A stretch of DNA of 64,000 bases, taken from assembly GCA_963603285.1 (NCBI GenBank), contig CAVCMG010000012.1:12791-76790 (forward strand), in the 5' to 3' direction. Positions 26,044-34,532 of the stretch are shown piece by piece. Position 1 is the stretch's first letter. Each line of letters begins with the position of its first letter. A model generated the notes under the pieces. That model had not been told where the DNA came from, made no database searches, and saw nothing but the letters and a program-made list of their open reading frames with translations. The position numbers were made by a program, and so were the translations under genes. Origin of the DNA: Ruminococcus bromii (lineage in GTDB: Bacteria > Bacillota > Clostridia > Lachnospirales > Lachnospiraceae).

Positions 26044-28753
26044 AGGTCTGGAAATACTGATGCGTCACAGCAAAATGTACATGTTTACATACTGTAATGT
26101 TACAGATACGATAGAGGTCTATGACGCCAGACTGCAAAAGATTGAAACGATTGCTGGCGTATTATACGATACAGTCAGAAAAAACATGGTGCATCCGGAG
26201 GATTACTGGAAGCTGCAGGAGTTTCTGGAAGGCCGTCTGCAGGGACCGATCGAGATCCGTATTCAGAAAAAGACCGGTGCAGAATATCAGAAGCTTTCCA
26301 TGGATGCGCTTGGGTTCCATGAGGATGGACTTCGGATCGGTTCGATAAAAAATGTAACGCAGGAGCGCAAAAGAGAGGAGATCTGGCAGGATCAGGCGCA
26401 GCGGGATTCCCTCACGGGTCTTTACAATAACCAGACCGGCAAGATCCTGATCAGTGAATATCTGGAAAAAAAGTCACCGTATGCCTCCTGCGGTATGATG
26501 GTGATCGATGTTGATTATTTTAAGAATATCAATGATAATTACGGCCACCTTTTCGGGGATGAAGTGCTGACGAAGTTTGCGGCATTTTTACGCACCTTTT
26601 TTGCGGAGAAGGATATCTTTGTCCGGGCCGGCGGTGATGAATTTGTCGTGCTGTTAAAGGAGATCAGCCACCAGAGCCTGCTGAAAAAGTCCATGCAGTT
26701 TGTCCACATGGTACGAAAAATCCAGTTTTCACAGCAGAGTGTGTCTATCAGCTGCAGTGTGGGCGTCTGTTTCCTGCCGGAAAATGTGGCCGGTTATACC
26801 TACGAGCAGCTGTTTGAAAACGCGGACTGGGCGCTGTATCAGGCAAAGATCAACGGCAGGAACCGGTATGTATTCTGTGACAATCTGAAGCGCTTTGAGT
26901 TGGAGGCCCAGAGTACGGAGGCGGAGAGTACAATCGACACCCGCTATCTCAGAAATGATGTTGTAGCGACGGCTTTCGAGATCTTTGAGAAGCAGAACAG
27001 CTTTGATACGGCACTGGAACAGCTGATGCAGGTCATCGGTATCCGTTTCCAGCTGGACCGTATTACCGTTGTCCAGACCGATATCCAGAAACAGAGCGTA
27101 GGCAGTCAGTACCAGTGGCTGCGAAAAAATCTGGAAGACCAGCCGGTGCTGGAAAGTCCCTCCGGTTTTCAGAAAGAAGATTTCCAGACGCTGTTTCGCA
27201 GTTATGACGAATACGGAACGACTGTCTTACAGTATGACAATATGGGTATGTATTCCCCGGCGGGAAAACAGCTTCTGATGCAGGGCGGCGCAAAGACTGT
27301 GCTGTATGCCGCCATGTACTGCGAAGGTAAATATATGGGAGCAATCTCCTATGTAGTCTGCACCAGCAAGCGATACTGGTCAAAGCAGGACAGAAAACAG
27401 CTGGGTGAGCTGACCAAGATCGTTTCCGCCCATATGGCGAAACGGCAGGCCATCAACGCCGGTGGCGGCGCCAGATTTATGTCGCTGGATCTGGATGCCC
27501 TGACCGGTCTGCTGACCTATGCCAGATTCCGGGAAGAGGCAGAGCGCATTATTGTCAGTGGTACTGGGGGCGACTATCTGATGATGTATACCGACTTCTG
27601 TGGTTTTAAATATTTTAATCAGAAATATGGTTATGCAGCAGGAGATATCCTCTTAAAGGAATTTGCCAATTATATCATGGAACGTATGCCGGATGGTGCG
27701 GAAGGGTATTTTGCCCGGATCGCGGCAGATCAGTTTCTACTTTTTATGCCGTATAAAGAGACAGAGAAGATCAGCGCGGTCGTTGCAGAGATCAATCAGA
27801 AATTTCAGCGCCGTATAGAAGTACGTTTCCCAGGAGCCGGTATCAAGGTGCGCACCGGTATCTACAGGATCAGCGAGAGCTGCGTAGGGGCTTCCATGGC
27901 TGTGGATGCTGCCAACTACGCCAGAAAGCAGGTACAGGAAAACAGCGAACAGACCGTAGTATTTTATAATGAAAAGATCCGGCAGCAGCAGGAACAGGAA
28001 AATGAGATTATCGGCAACATGGATAACGCCATGCAAAAAGGCGAATTCCGCGTTTTTTATCAGCCGAAGGTTTCGCTGACGGACTATCATATCGTCGGTG
28101 CAGAAGCACTGATCCGCTGGATCCGTCCGGATGGCACCGTCCTGACCCCGGCGGCATTCGTTCCATTGTACGAGAAGAATGGCCATATCGTAGAGCTGGA
28201 TTATTATGTGCTGGAAAAGACTGCCCAGATGCTGCAGCATTTGCAGAAAAAAGGCGTATCTATCGTGCCGGTATCAGTAAATATTTCTGCCCTGCACGCC
28301 GCAGACGATACAACAGTTGACAAATATCTGGCCATTCTGCAGAAATACGATCTCTCTCCAACTCTGTTTCAGGTAGAGATCACCGAATCTGCCACTGTAT
28401 TCAATTACCGCAATGTCCGCCAGATGTTTGCCCGTTTCCGTCAGGCCGGTTTCACCACCGCCCTCGACGACTTCGGCGTCGGCTTCTCCATCATGAACCT
28501 GATCGCCGATATCCCCCTGGATGTCATCAAGCTGGACCGCATCTTCATCGACAAATGCGAGCACAGCCAGAGAGGAGACTTCTTCCTCCACCAGATCATC
28601 CACCTGCTCAAAGGCCTCGGCTTCACCGTCCTCTGCGAAGGCGTAGAACGCAAAGACCAGGCCGAACTCCTCGGCCAGGCCGGCTGTGACCTCATGCAGG
28701 GCAACCTGTTCTCCGCCCCCGTCCCCGGCGAGGACTTCGCGGAGCTATTATAA
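26003..28753 (+). CDS. Multidomain c-di-GMP protein: sensor + GGDEF (intact) + GAF-like + GGDEF (degenerate) + EAL
   Basis: RAGGDEFVVLL in the first cyclase domain. RIAADQFLLFM in the second (degenerate). EAL motifs EALIRW, DDFGVGFS, KLDRIF. Start set to the ATG at 26003 behind an AGGGAG RBS. Confidence 0.85.
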   Translation: MEEELFLSGKNRLEGLEILMRHSKMYMFTYCNVTDTIEVYDARLQKIETIAGVLYDTVRKNMVHPEDYWKLQEFLEGRLQGPIEIRIQKKTGAEYQKLSMDALGFHEDGLRIGSIKNVTQERKREEIWQDQAQRDSLTGLYNNQTGKILISEYLEKKSPYASCGMMVIDVDYFKNINDNYGHLFGDEVLTKFAAFLRTFFAEKDIFVRAGGDEFVVLLKEISHQSLLKKSMQFVHMVRKIQFSQQSVSISCSVGVCFLPENVAGYTYEQLFENADWALYQAKINGRNRYVFCDNLKRFELEAQSTEAESTIDTRYLRNDVVATAFEIFEKQNSFDTALEQLMQVIGIRFQLDRITVVQTDIQKQSVGSQYQWLRKNLEDQPVLESPSGFQKEDFQTLFRSYDEYGTTVLQYDNMGMYSPAGKQLLMQGGAKTVLYAAMYCEGKYMGAISYVVCTSKRYWSKQDRKQLGELTKIVSAHMAKRQAINAGGGARFMSLDLDALTGLLTYARFREEAERIIVSGTGGDYLMMYTDFCGFKYFNQKYGYAAGDILLKEFANYIMERMPDGAEGYFARIAADQFLLFMPYKETEKISAVVAEINQKFQRRIEVRFPGAGIKVRTGIYRISESCVGASMAVDAANYARKQVQENSEQTVVFYNEKIRQQQEQENEIIGNMDNAMQKGEFRVFYQPKVSLTDYHIVGAEALIRWIRPDGTVLTPAAFVPLYEKNGHIVELDYYVLEKTAQMLQHLQKKGVSIVPVSVNISALHAADDTTVDKYLAILQKYDLSPTLFQVEITESATVFNYRNVRQMFARFRQAGFTTALDDFGVGFSIMNLIADIPLDVIKLDRIFIDKCEHSQRGDFFLHQIIHLLKGLGFTVLCEGVERKDQAELLGQAGCDLMQGNLFSAPVPGEDFAELL

Positions 28754-28827
28754 AGTCTGGACAGGATAGAATATGCACAGCAGGCAGTTAAGGGTTAGCT
28801 GTGTATGCATCAATAACATAACTTGAA

Positions 28828-29040
28828 GAAAAAGGGAGATAGCTGCGTCGGGGGTAGTGGTTCTCTTCTCAAACGATTCAAAGTGCGTTTTTAGCTTCGA
28901 CAAGATCCAGTGCCTACGTAATCTTACGCGCGAGCCCGCTCTAGCGAGCGCGTTAGATGCAGTTGGCACTTAGCTTGGCGAAGCGTTGCACTTGTTTGAG
29001 AAGAGAACCACTACCCCCGACGCAGCTATCTCCTTTTTTC
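28828..29040. repeat. ~213-nt long hairpin / inverted repeat with 47-bp near-perfect arms
   Basis: Arm 28828-28874 is the reverse complement of 28994-29040 with a single G:T position. The interior pairs imperfectly (AAGTGC, CAAG, AGTGCC, ACGCGC/GCGCGT blocks). Confidence 0.85.
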
Positions 29041-29056
29041 TTAACACAACCTACAT

Positions 29057-30001
29057 TTATTTATTATTAGAAGCTGACCGCGCATAAATATTCGCCAGCA
29101 CAGCCCCCGAAACATTATGCCATACACTGAACACAGCCCCCGGAATCGTAGCCAGTGGATACTGTGCAAAATGCGTAGCCGCCAGAGACGTAGCCAGCCC
29201 AGAATTCTGCATACCAACCTCGATCGAAATCGCACGGCACTTCGTAGAATCCAGCTTCAAAACCTTACCGATACAGTAGCCCAGCGTATATCCCAGCACA
29301 TTATGCAGAATAACAACAGCCAGGATCAGAAGACCAGAAGTCATGATCTTCGCAGAGTTTGCAGAAACAACAGCAGCCACGATCGCCACGATCGCCGTAG
29401 TAGAGATCAGCGGCAGCACCTCCACAGCCTTCTCCGTAAATTTGGAGAAAAAATGATTCACAATAAATCCAAGAACAATCGGAACAATCACAACCTTTAC
29501 GATCGAAAGGAACATGCTCAACATATTGACACTGACCTTCTCACCCGCATACAGATACGTCAGAAACGGTGTCAGAAACGGCGCCAGCACCGTAGAAACA
29601 GCCGTCATACCAACAGACAGCGCCACATCACCCTTGGACAGATACGTCATAACATTCGAAGATGTACCGCCCGGGCAGGTACCCACAAGGATAACACCAA
29701 TAGCCAGTTCCGGCGGCAGCTGGAACACCTTTGTCAGTCCGAAGGCCAGAAGTGGCATAACTGTAAACTGTGAAACACAGCCGATCACAACATCCTTAGG
29801 ACGGCTGAAAACAACCTTGAAATCATGCGGCTTTAACGTAAGTCCCATACCAAACATAACGATGCCAAGCAGCGTATTGACATAGCTCGTCTTGATAAAG
29901 CTGACCGTATTCGGTGCAAATAAAGCAAGCGCAGCCATGGCGATAACGATAACAGCCATGTACTTGCTGACAAAATTCGTGATCTTCTTTAAAACTTCCA
30001 T
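29057..30001 (-). CDS. BASS/SBF-family (bile acid:Na+ symporter family) transporter
   Basis: GMGLTLKPHDF, GTCPGGTSSNVMTY and EVGMQNSGLA family motifs. Start at the ATG at 30001 behind an AAGGAGAAG RBS. Confidence 0.85.
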   Translation of the reverse strand: MEVLKKITNFVSKYMAVIVIAMAALALFAPNTVSFIKTSYVNTLLGIVMFGMGLTLKPHDFKVVFSRPKDVVIGCVSQFTVMPLLAFGLTKVFQLPPELAIGVILVGTCPGGTSSNVMTYLSKGDVALSVGMTAVSTVLAPFLTPFLTYLYAGEKVSVNMLSMFLSIVKVVIVPIVLGFIVNHFFSKFTEKAVEVLPLISTTAIVAIVAAVVSANSAKIMTSGLLILAVVILHNVLGYTLGYCIGKVLKLDSTKCRAISIEVGMQNSGLATSLAATHFAQYPLATIPGAVFSVWHNVSGAVLANIYARSASNNK

Positions 30002-30154
30002 TTCTTTCTTCTCCTTTGAGTTGTCTGGGAAAACCAGTAATCTAACCATCCAGTGCTTCGTAAATCATTTTCCCTCTGTCCGCAAAAGGCTCGGATCAGG
30101 CAGCGCGACAGCCTGCAGAATCTGTCGTAAACGCCCGGCCTCTCTGTTAAGAGA

Positions 30155-30208
30155 AATAATAAAAGAAACCTCCACTGGAGCTTTCTTTTATATGCTAAGG
30201 CAAAAAAA
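30155..30208 (+). repeat. Copy 4 of the ~50-nt interspersed element, inside the 5' UTR of the BASS gene (antisense to it)
   Basis: AATAATAAAAGAAACCTCCACTGGAGCTTTCTTTTATATGCTAAGGCAAAAAAA. It directly abuts the T-box terminator hairpin at 30209-30237. Confidence 0.75.
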
Positions 30209-30476
30209 GCCTCTGTCTCCATACAAGAGACAAAGGCCAAACCTCTGCGGTACCACTCTTCTTGCTGTAAAAAATACAGCCACTCACATCCACATCTGAC
30301 AATGGGAAACAGGATAACGACTGTTACTCGTCCGGACTTACGCGGTAAATCTTTCAGTCCGAAAGCTCAGAGGTGATTTTCACTGAAGATTCAACACTGC
30401 CTCTCACCAAAAGCGGCAGCTCTCTGTGGAATCCCCTTCAGGTACTCTTCCTCGTCATTGCGAAACATCTGAAGTT
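30200..30476 (-). promoter_or_regulatory. T-box riboswitch leader, probable Ile (AUC) specifier
   Basis: On the minus strand: GA/K-turn and AGUA (UGACGAGGAAGAGUA), AGAGAG box, distal GGUGAGA loop, specifier loop UGAAA-AUC-A, Stem III hairpin, T-box AGAGUGGUACCGCAGAGG, then terminator GCCUUUGUCUC...GAGACAGAGGC + U7. Confidence 0.85.
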
Positions 30477-30482
30477 GCCTGT

Positions 30483-30511
30483 ATAATAGTCCTCAAAAAT
30501 TTGTTTGTCAA
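30483..30511 (-). promoter_or_regulatory. Sigma-A-type promoter driving the T-box leader
   Basis: Minus strand: TTGACA, 17 nt, TATTAT. Confidence 0.65.
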
Positions 30512-30780
30512 GCAAAAACTTGTATGAAAAGACGTACAAAAATAAAAAGGAAAAAAGTGCATAATGCCGAAAAGACCGGAGAAAAAACGTCGGATAAAAG
30601 ACTGTGTGTTCTCATAAAAGCACACAGTTAGTTTTCACTTTAGATAGAAAATAAGGAAAAAATTATGCAGGATTTACATAAATGATAAAAATATAACAAA
30701 ATTATTGGTGGTAATGCCAAAAACTGCTATAATTGACATAGTTGTTGGAGGATAATGTTGTAACTAAAGGAGGAAGTGTT

Positions 30781-32616
30781 TTGAGAAAACTGCATATTGA
30801 GAAGCCACTTCATGCCCAGACCGTATTAAACGGTCTCTATCGCGATGTTAGCCGCCGTCTGGCCGCCAGCCCGCCGGGACTCTGTCCGGTGGATATGTCG
30901 CTCAATTTCCTGCGTCTGTGCCATGCCCAGACCTGCGGTAAATGCGCACCCTGCCGTATCGGCCTTGGCCAGCTGGAACATCTGCTCGAGGATGTACTGG
31001 AACAGAGAGCATCCCTTGAAACCATCGAGCTGATCCGGAAAACGGCCCGTGTTATCAGCGATTCTTCGGACTGCGCGATCGGATATGAAGCGGCTGCCAT
31101 GGTCACCATGGGAATCGAAGGTTTCTGTGAGGACTATGAAGAACATATCAAATATGGCCGCTGTATCTGCGGCCTGAACCATCCGGTTCCCTGTGTGGCC
31201 GTCTGTCCGGCGCATGTGGATATTCCGGGCTATATCGCCCTGATCCGCAACAAGCGCTATGGAGATGCTGTCCGTCTGATCCGTAAGGACAATCCGTTCC
31301 CGTTTTCCTGCGCTTATGTCTGCGAGCATCCGTGCGAAAATAACTGCCGCCGCCGTCTGATGGACGATGCAGTTAATATCTGCGGACTGAAGCGGTTTGC
31401 CGTGGACAATGGCGAAGATATGCCGGCACCGCCGAAGGCAGAAGCTACCGGCAAGACGGTTGCCATCATCGGCGGAGGCCCCGGCGGACTTACCGCGGCG
31501 TATTATCTGGCTCTGATGGGACATGATGTGACGGTTTACGAGCAGCGGCCAAAGCTTGGCGGTATGCTCCGTTACGGTATTCCGGATTACCGTCTGCCGC
31601 AGGATATTCTGGACAAGGATATCGATCATATCCTTTCCACCGGTGTCAAGGTATTTACCGATGTATCGGTAGGCAGGGATCTGTCTGTTACCGAGCTGCA
31701 GAAGCAGTTTGACGCTGTATACGTCTGTATCGGCGCCCATGCGGACAAGAAGCTGGGCCTTGAGGGCGAGGACAGCGAGGGCGTGATCTCCGCCGTAGAG
31801 ATGCTGCGTGGCATCGGCGAAGGGCACAAGCCTGATTTTAAAGATAAAAACGTCTGTGTTATCGGCGGCGGTAACGTGTCTATGGATGCGACCCGTACCG
31901 CGATCCGTCTCGGCGCGAAGTCGGTAACCTGTGTTTACAGACGCCGTGTAGAAGATATGACGGCGCTGCAGGAGGAGATCGATGACGCTTTTGCAGAGGG
32001 CTGCCAGATCCTGCCGCTGCAGGCTCCGAGCCGCATTGAGGCTGACGAGAACGGTCATGTGACCGCTTTATGGACAAAGCCGCAGATCATTGGCCGCTAT
32101 GGCCGTGACGGTCGTCCGAAGCCGAAGGATGCCGATGTACCGGAGTTCCGTATTCCGTGTGACGCTGTTGTGGTTGCCATCGGCCAGAGGATCGATTCGA
32201 CACCGTTTGAGGCTGCCGGTCTGTCGACAGAGCGCGGCATGATCACAGCCGGAGAGAATACCTTTGTCCCGAACAGTACCAATATGTTTGCCGGCGGTGA
32301 CGCTGTATCCGGCCCGGCAACCGTAATCCGGGCGGTAGCTGCCGGTAAGGTAGCCGCTGCCAATATTGATAATTATCTCGGATTTGACCACCGGATCACT
32401 GTGGATGTGGAGATTCCCGCACCGCAGCTGACCAACTCCCCGCATTGTGGCCGTGTCGGCTTAAAGAGCCGGAACATGCAGGACTGCCGCAATGATTTTA
32501 ACCTCGTCAAGGAGGGTATGACAGAAGAGGAAGCACTGCAGGAGGCCTGCCGCTGTCTGCGCTGTGACCAGTTTGGCTATGGCCGCTTCAAAGGAGGGAG
32601 GAACCGCGAATGGTAA
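30781..32616 (+). CDS. GltD-like NAD(P)H-dependent oxidoreductase with an N-terminal NuoF-type 4Fe-4S module (hydrogenase partner)
   Basis: CGKCAPCRIG (NuoF C-terminal Fe-S motif). GltD-type Cys clusters (CVAVCPAHVDIP; CEHPCENNC). FAD/NAD folds AIIGGGPGGLTAA and VIGGGNVSMD. Non-ATG start (TTG at 30781 or GTG at 30778) after an AAAGGAGGA RBS. Confidence 0.8.
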   Translation: MRKLHIEKPLHAQTVLNGLYRDVSRRLAASPPGLCPVDMSLNFLRLCHAQTCGKCAPCRIGLGQLEHLLEDVLEQRASLETIELIRKTARVISDSSDCAIGYEAAAMVTMGIEGFCEDYEEHIKYGRCICGLNHPVPCVAVCPAHVDIPGYIALIRNKRYGDAVRLIRKDNPFPFSCAYVCEHPCENNCRRRLMDDAVNICGLKRFAVDNGEDMPAPPKAEATGKTVAIIGGGPGGLTAAYYLALMGHDVTVYEQRPKLGGMLRYGIPDYRLPQDILDKDIDHILSTGVKVFTDVSVGRDLSVTELQKQFDAVYVCIGAHADKKLGLEGEDSEGVISAVEMLRGIGEGHKPDFKDKNVCVIGGGNVSMDATRTAIRLGAKSVTCVYRRRVEDMTALQEEIDDAFAEGCQILPLQAPSRIEADENGHVTALWTKPQIIGRYGRDGRPKPKDADVPEFRIPCDAVVVAIGQRIDSTPFEAAGLSTERGMITAGENTFVPNSTNMFAGGDAVSGPATVIRAVAAGKVAAANIDNYLGFDHRITVDVEIPAPQLTNSPHCGRVGLKSRNMQDCRNDFNLVKEGMTEEEALQEACRCLRCDQFGYGRFKGGRNREW

Positions 32617-34367
32617 ATCTGACGATCAATGATATCCCGGTAAGTGTACCGGAGGGAACAACGATTATGAAGGCCGCTGCCAGCGTCGGTGTGGATATCC
32701 CGCATCTGTGTTATCTGGAGGGCATCAATGAGATCGGTGCCTGCCGTGTCTGCTGTGTGCAGGTCAAGGGCGAGAGAGCCATGGTTCCGGCCTGTAACAG
32801 TACTGTGCGGGAGGGAATGGTCGTATACACGAACAGTCCGAAAGCGCGCCGTACAAGAAGAATCAATGTAGAGCTGATTTTAAGCCAGCATGACTGCCGC
32901 TGTGCAACCTGTGTACGAAGCGGTAACTGCCAGCTGCAGCGTATCGCCAACGATCTGGGTATTCTGGATGTGCCGTATGCGCAGGATCTGCCGGAGGGCA
33001 AGAGACGTCTCTGGACGACAACATATCCGCTGTACAGGGACTACAATAAATGCATCAAATGTATGCGTTGTATCCAGATCTGTGACAAGGTACAGACGGT
33101 CAGTATCTGGGATCTGGCCGGTACGGGAAGCCGTACCCATATTGATGTGAGCTACAACCGTATGATCAAGGAGTCCGAATGTGCCCTCTGTGGCCAGTGC
33201 ATTACGCACTGTCCGGTCGGCGCTCTGCGGGAAAGAGATGATACGACGAAATTTTTACAGGCTCTTGGCGATAAGGAAAAGGTTGTTGTCGTACAGATCG
33301 CTCCGGCTGTGCGTGCCGCATGGGGCGAGGAGCTGGGGCTGAAGCCGGAAGAGGCTACAGTCAACCGTATCGCTGCTGTTTTGAAACGGATGGGCGTTGA
33401 TTATGTTTTCGATACCTCCTTTACGGCAGATCTGACGATCATGGAGGAGGGCACGGAGCTTCTGCACCGTCTGAAAAAGGGCGATCTGGTGCGGTATCCG
33501 ATGTTTACCAGCTGCTGTCCGGGCTGGGTACGCTTCTTAAAGAGCCAGTATCCGGAGCTGACGGGCCGCCTGTCCACTGCGAAGAGTCCGCAGCAGATGT
33601 TTGGCAGCGTGATCAAACAGTATTTTGCTGAAAAGGCAGAGCTCGATCCGAAGAATATCTATTCCGTATCGATCATGCCATGTCTGGCCAAAAAGTCCGA
33701 ATGTGACCTGCCGACGATGAAGTCCGAGTATGGACAGGATGTGGATCTGGTGCTGACAACCAGAGAATTAAACCGCCTGATCCGTGCGGACAAGATCGAT
33801 CCGGCAAAGCTGGAGGAGGTACCGTTTGACAATCCGCTGGCGGACTATACCGGTGCTGGTGTGATCTTCGGTGCAACCGGTGGCGTTATGGAAGCTGCGT
33901 TACGATCCGCTTATTTCCTGACACAGGGCAAGAATCCGGATCCGGACGCTTTCAGCGAGATCCGCAGTATGGATGGCTGGAGAGAGTATACCTTTATGCT
34001 GGGCGAGACCCCGCTTTGCTGTGCGGTGGCGACCGGTCTTGGCAATACTCGCAAGCTGATTGAGGCGATCCTGGATAACCGGGTGAAATATGACTTTGTG
34101 GAAGTTATGGCCTGTCCGGGCGGCTGTGTCGGCGGCGGTGGCCAGCCAATTTCCATCAAGGATGAGGAGCGTGCACCGGCCCGCAGTAAGATCCTCTACA
34201 GTCTGGATAAGAACAGCAAGCTCCGCTTCTCACATGAGAATGAGCAGGTGCAGTACCTGTATAAAGACTGGCTCGGTGAGCCTTACAGCGAAAAGGCAGA
34301 AGAGTATCTGCATACGGATCACTACGGCTGGGAAATGCCACAGGCCGTGAGAGCAGAGCAGGAATAA
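32610..34367 (+). CDS. hydA: [FeFe]-hydrogenase catalytic subunit, CpI-like M3 architecture
   Basis: N-terminal 2Fe-2S and 4Fe-4S ferredoxin motifs. H-cluster signatures TSCCPGW, MPCLAKK and EVMACPGGCVGGGGQP. The ATG overlaps the upstream gene by 7 nt. Confidence 0.9.
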   Translation: MVNLTINDIPVSVPEGTTIMKAAASVGVDIPHLCYLEGINEIGACRVCCVQVKGERAMVPACNSTVREGMVVYTNSPKARRTRRINVELILSQHDCRCATCVRSGNCQLQRIANDLGILDVPYAQDLPEGKRRLWTTTYPLYRDYNKCIKCMRCIQICDKVQTVSIWDLAGTGSRTHIDVSYNRMIKESECALCGQCITHCPVGALRERDDTTKFLQALGDKEKVVVVQIAPAVRAAWGEELGLKPEEATVNRIAAVLKRMGVDYVFDTSFTADLTIMEEGTELLHRLKKGDLVRYPMFTSCCPGWVRFLKSQYPELTGRLSTAKSPQQMFGSVIKQYFAEKAELDPKNIYSVSIMPCLAKKSECDLPTMKSEYGQDVDLVLTTRELNRLIRADKIDPAKLEEVPFDNPLADYTGAGVIFGATGGVMEAALRSAYFLTQGKNPDPDAFSEIRSMDGWREYTFMLGETPLCCAVATGLGNTRKLIEAILDNRVKYDFVEVMACPGGCVGGGGQPISIKDEERAPARSKILYSLDKNSKLRFSHENEQVQYLYKDWLGEPYSEKAEEYLHTDHYGWEMPQAVRAEQE

Positions 34368-34435
34368 AAGAATAAAAACAGTATATAACCATTGGTAACT
34401 ATGAAATATCCTTGAAAACCTGTAAAAGTGAATGG

Positions 34436-34480
34436 AAAGACGGCCACCCGATCTCTGTATGAGAAAGGGTGGCCGTCTTT
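34436..34480. terminator. Bidirectional Rho-independent terminator
   Basis: AAAGACGGCCACCC...GGGTGGCCGTCTTT between the convergent hydA and DHHW genes. Confidence 0.8.
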
Positions 34481-34532
34481 CGTGCTCATCTGACAGGCAG
34501 TTTAAGAAAATCCGTTGCCAGATGCCGGTGTA

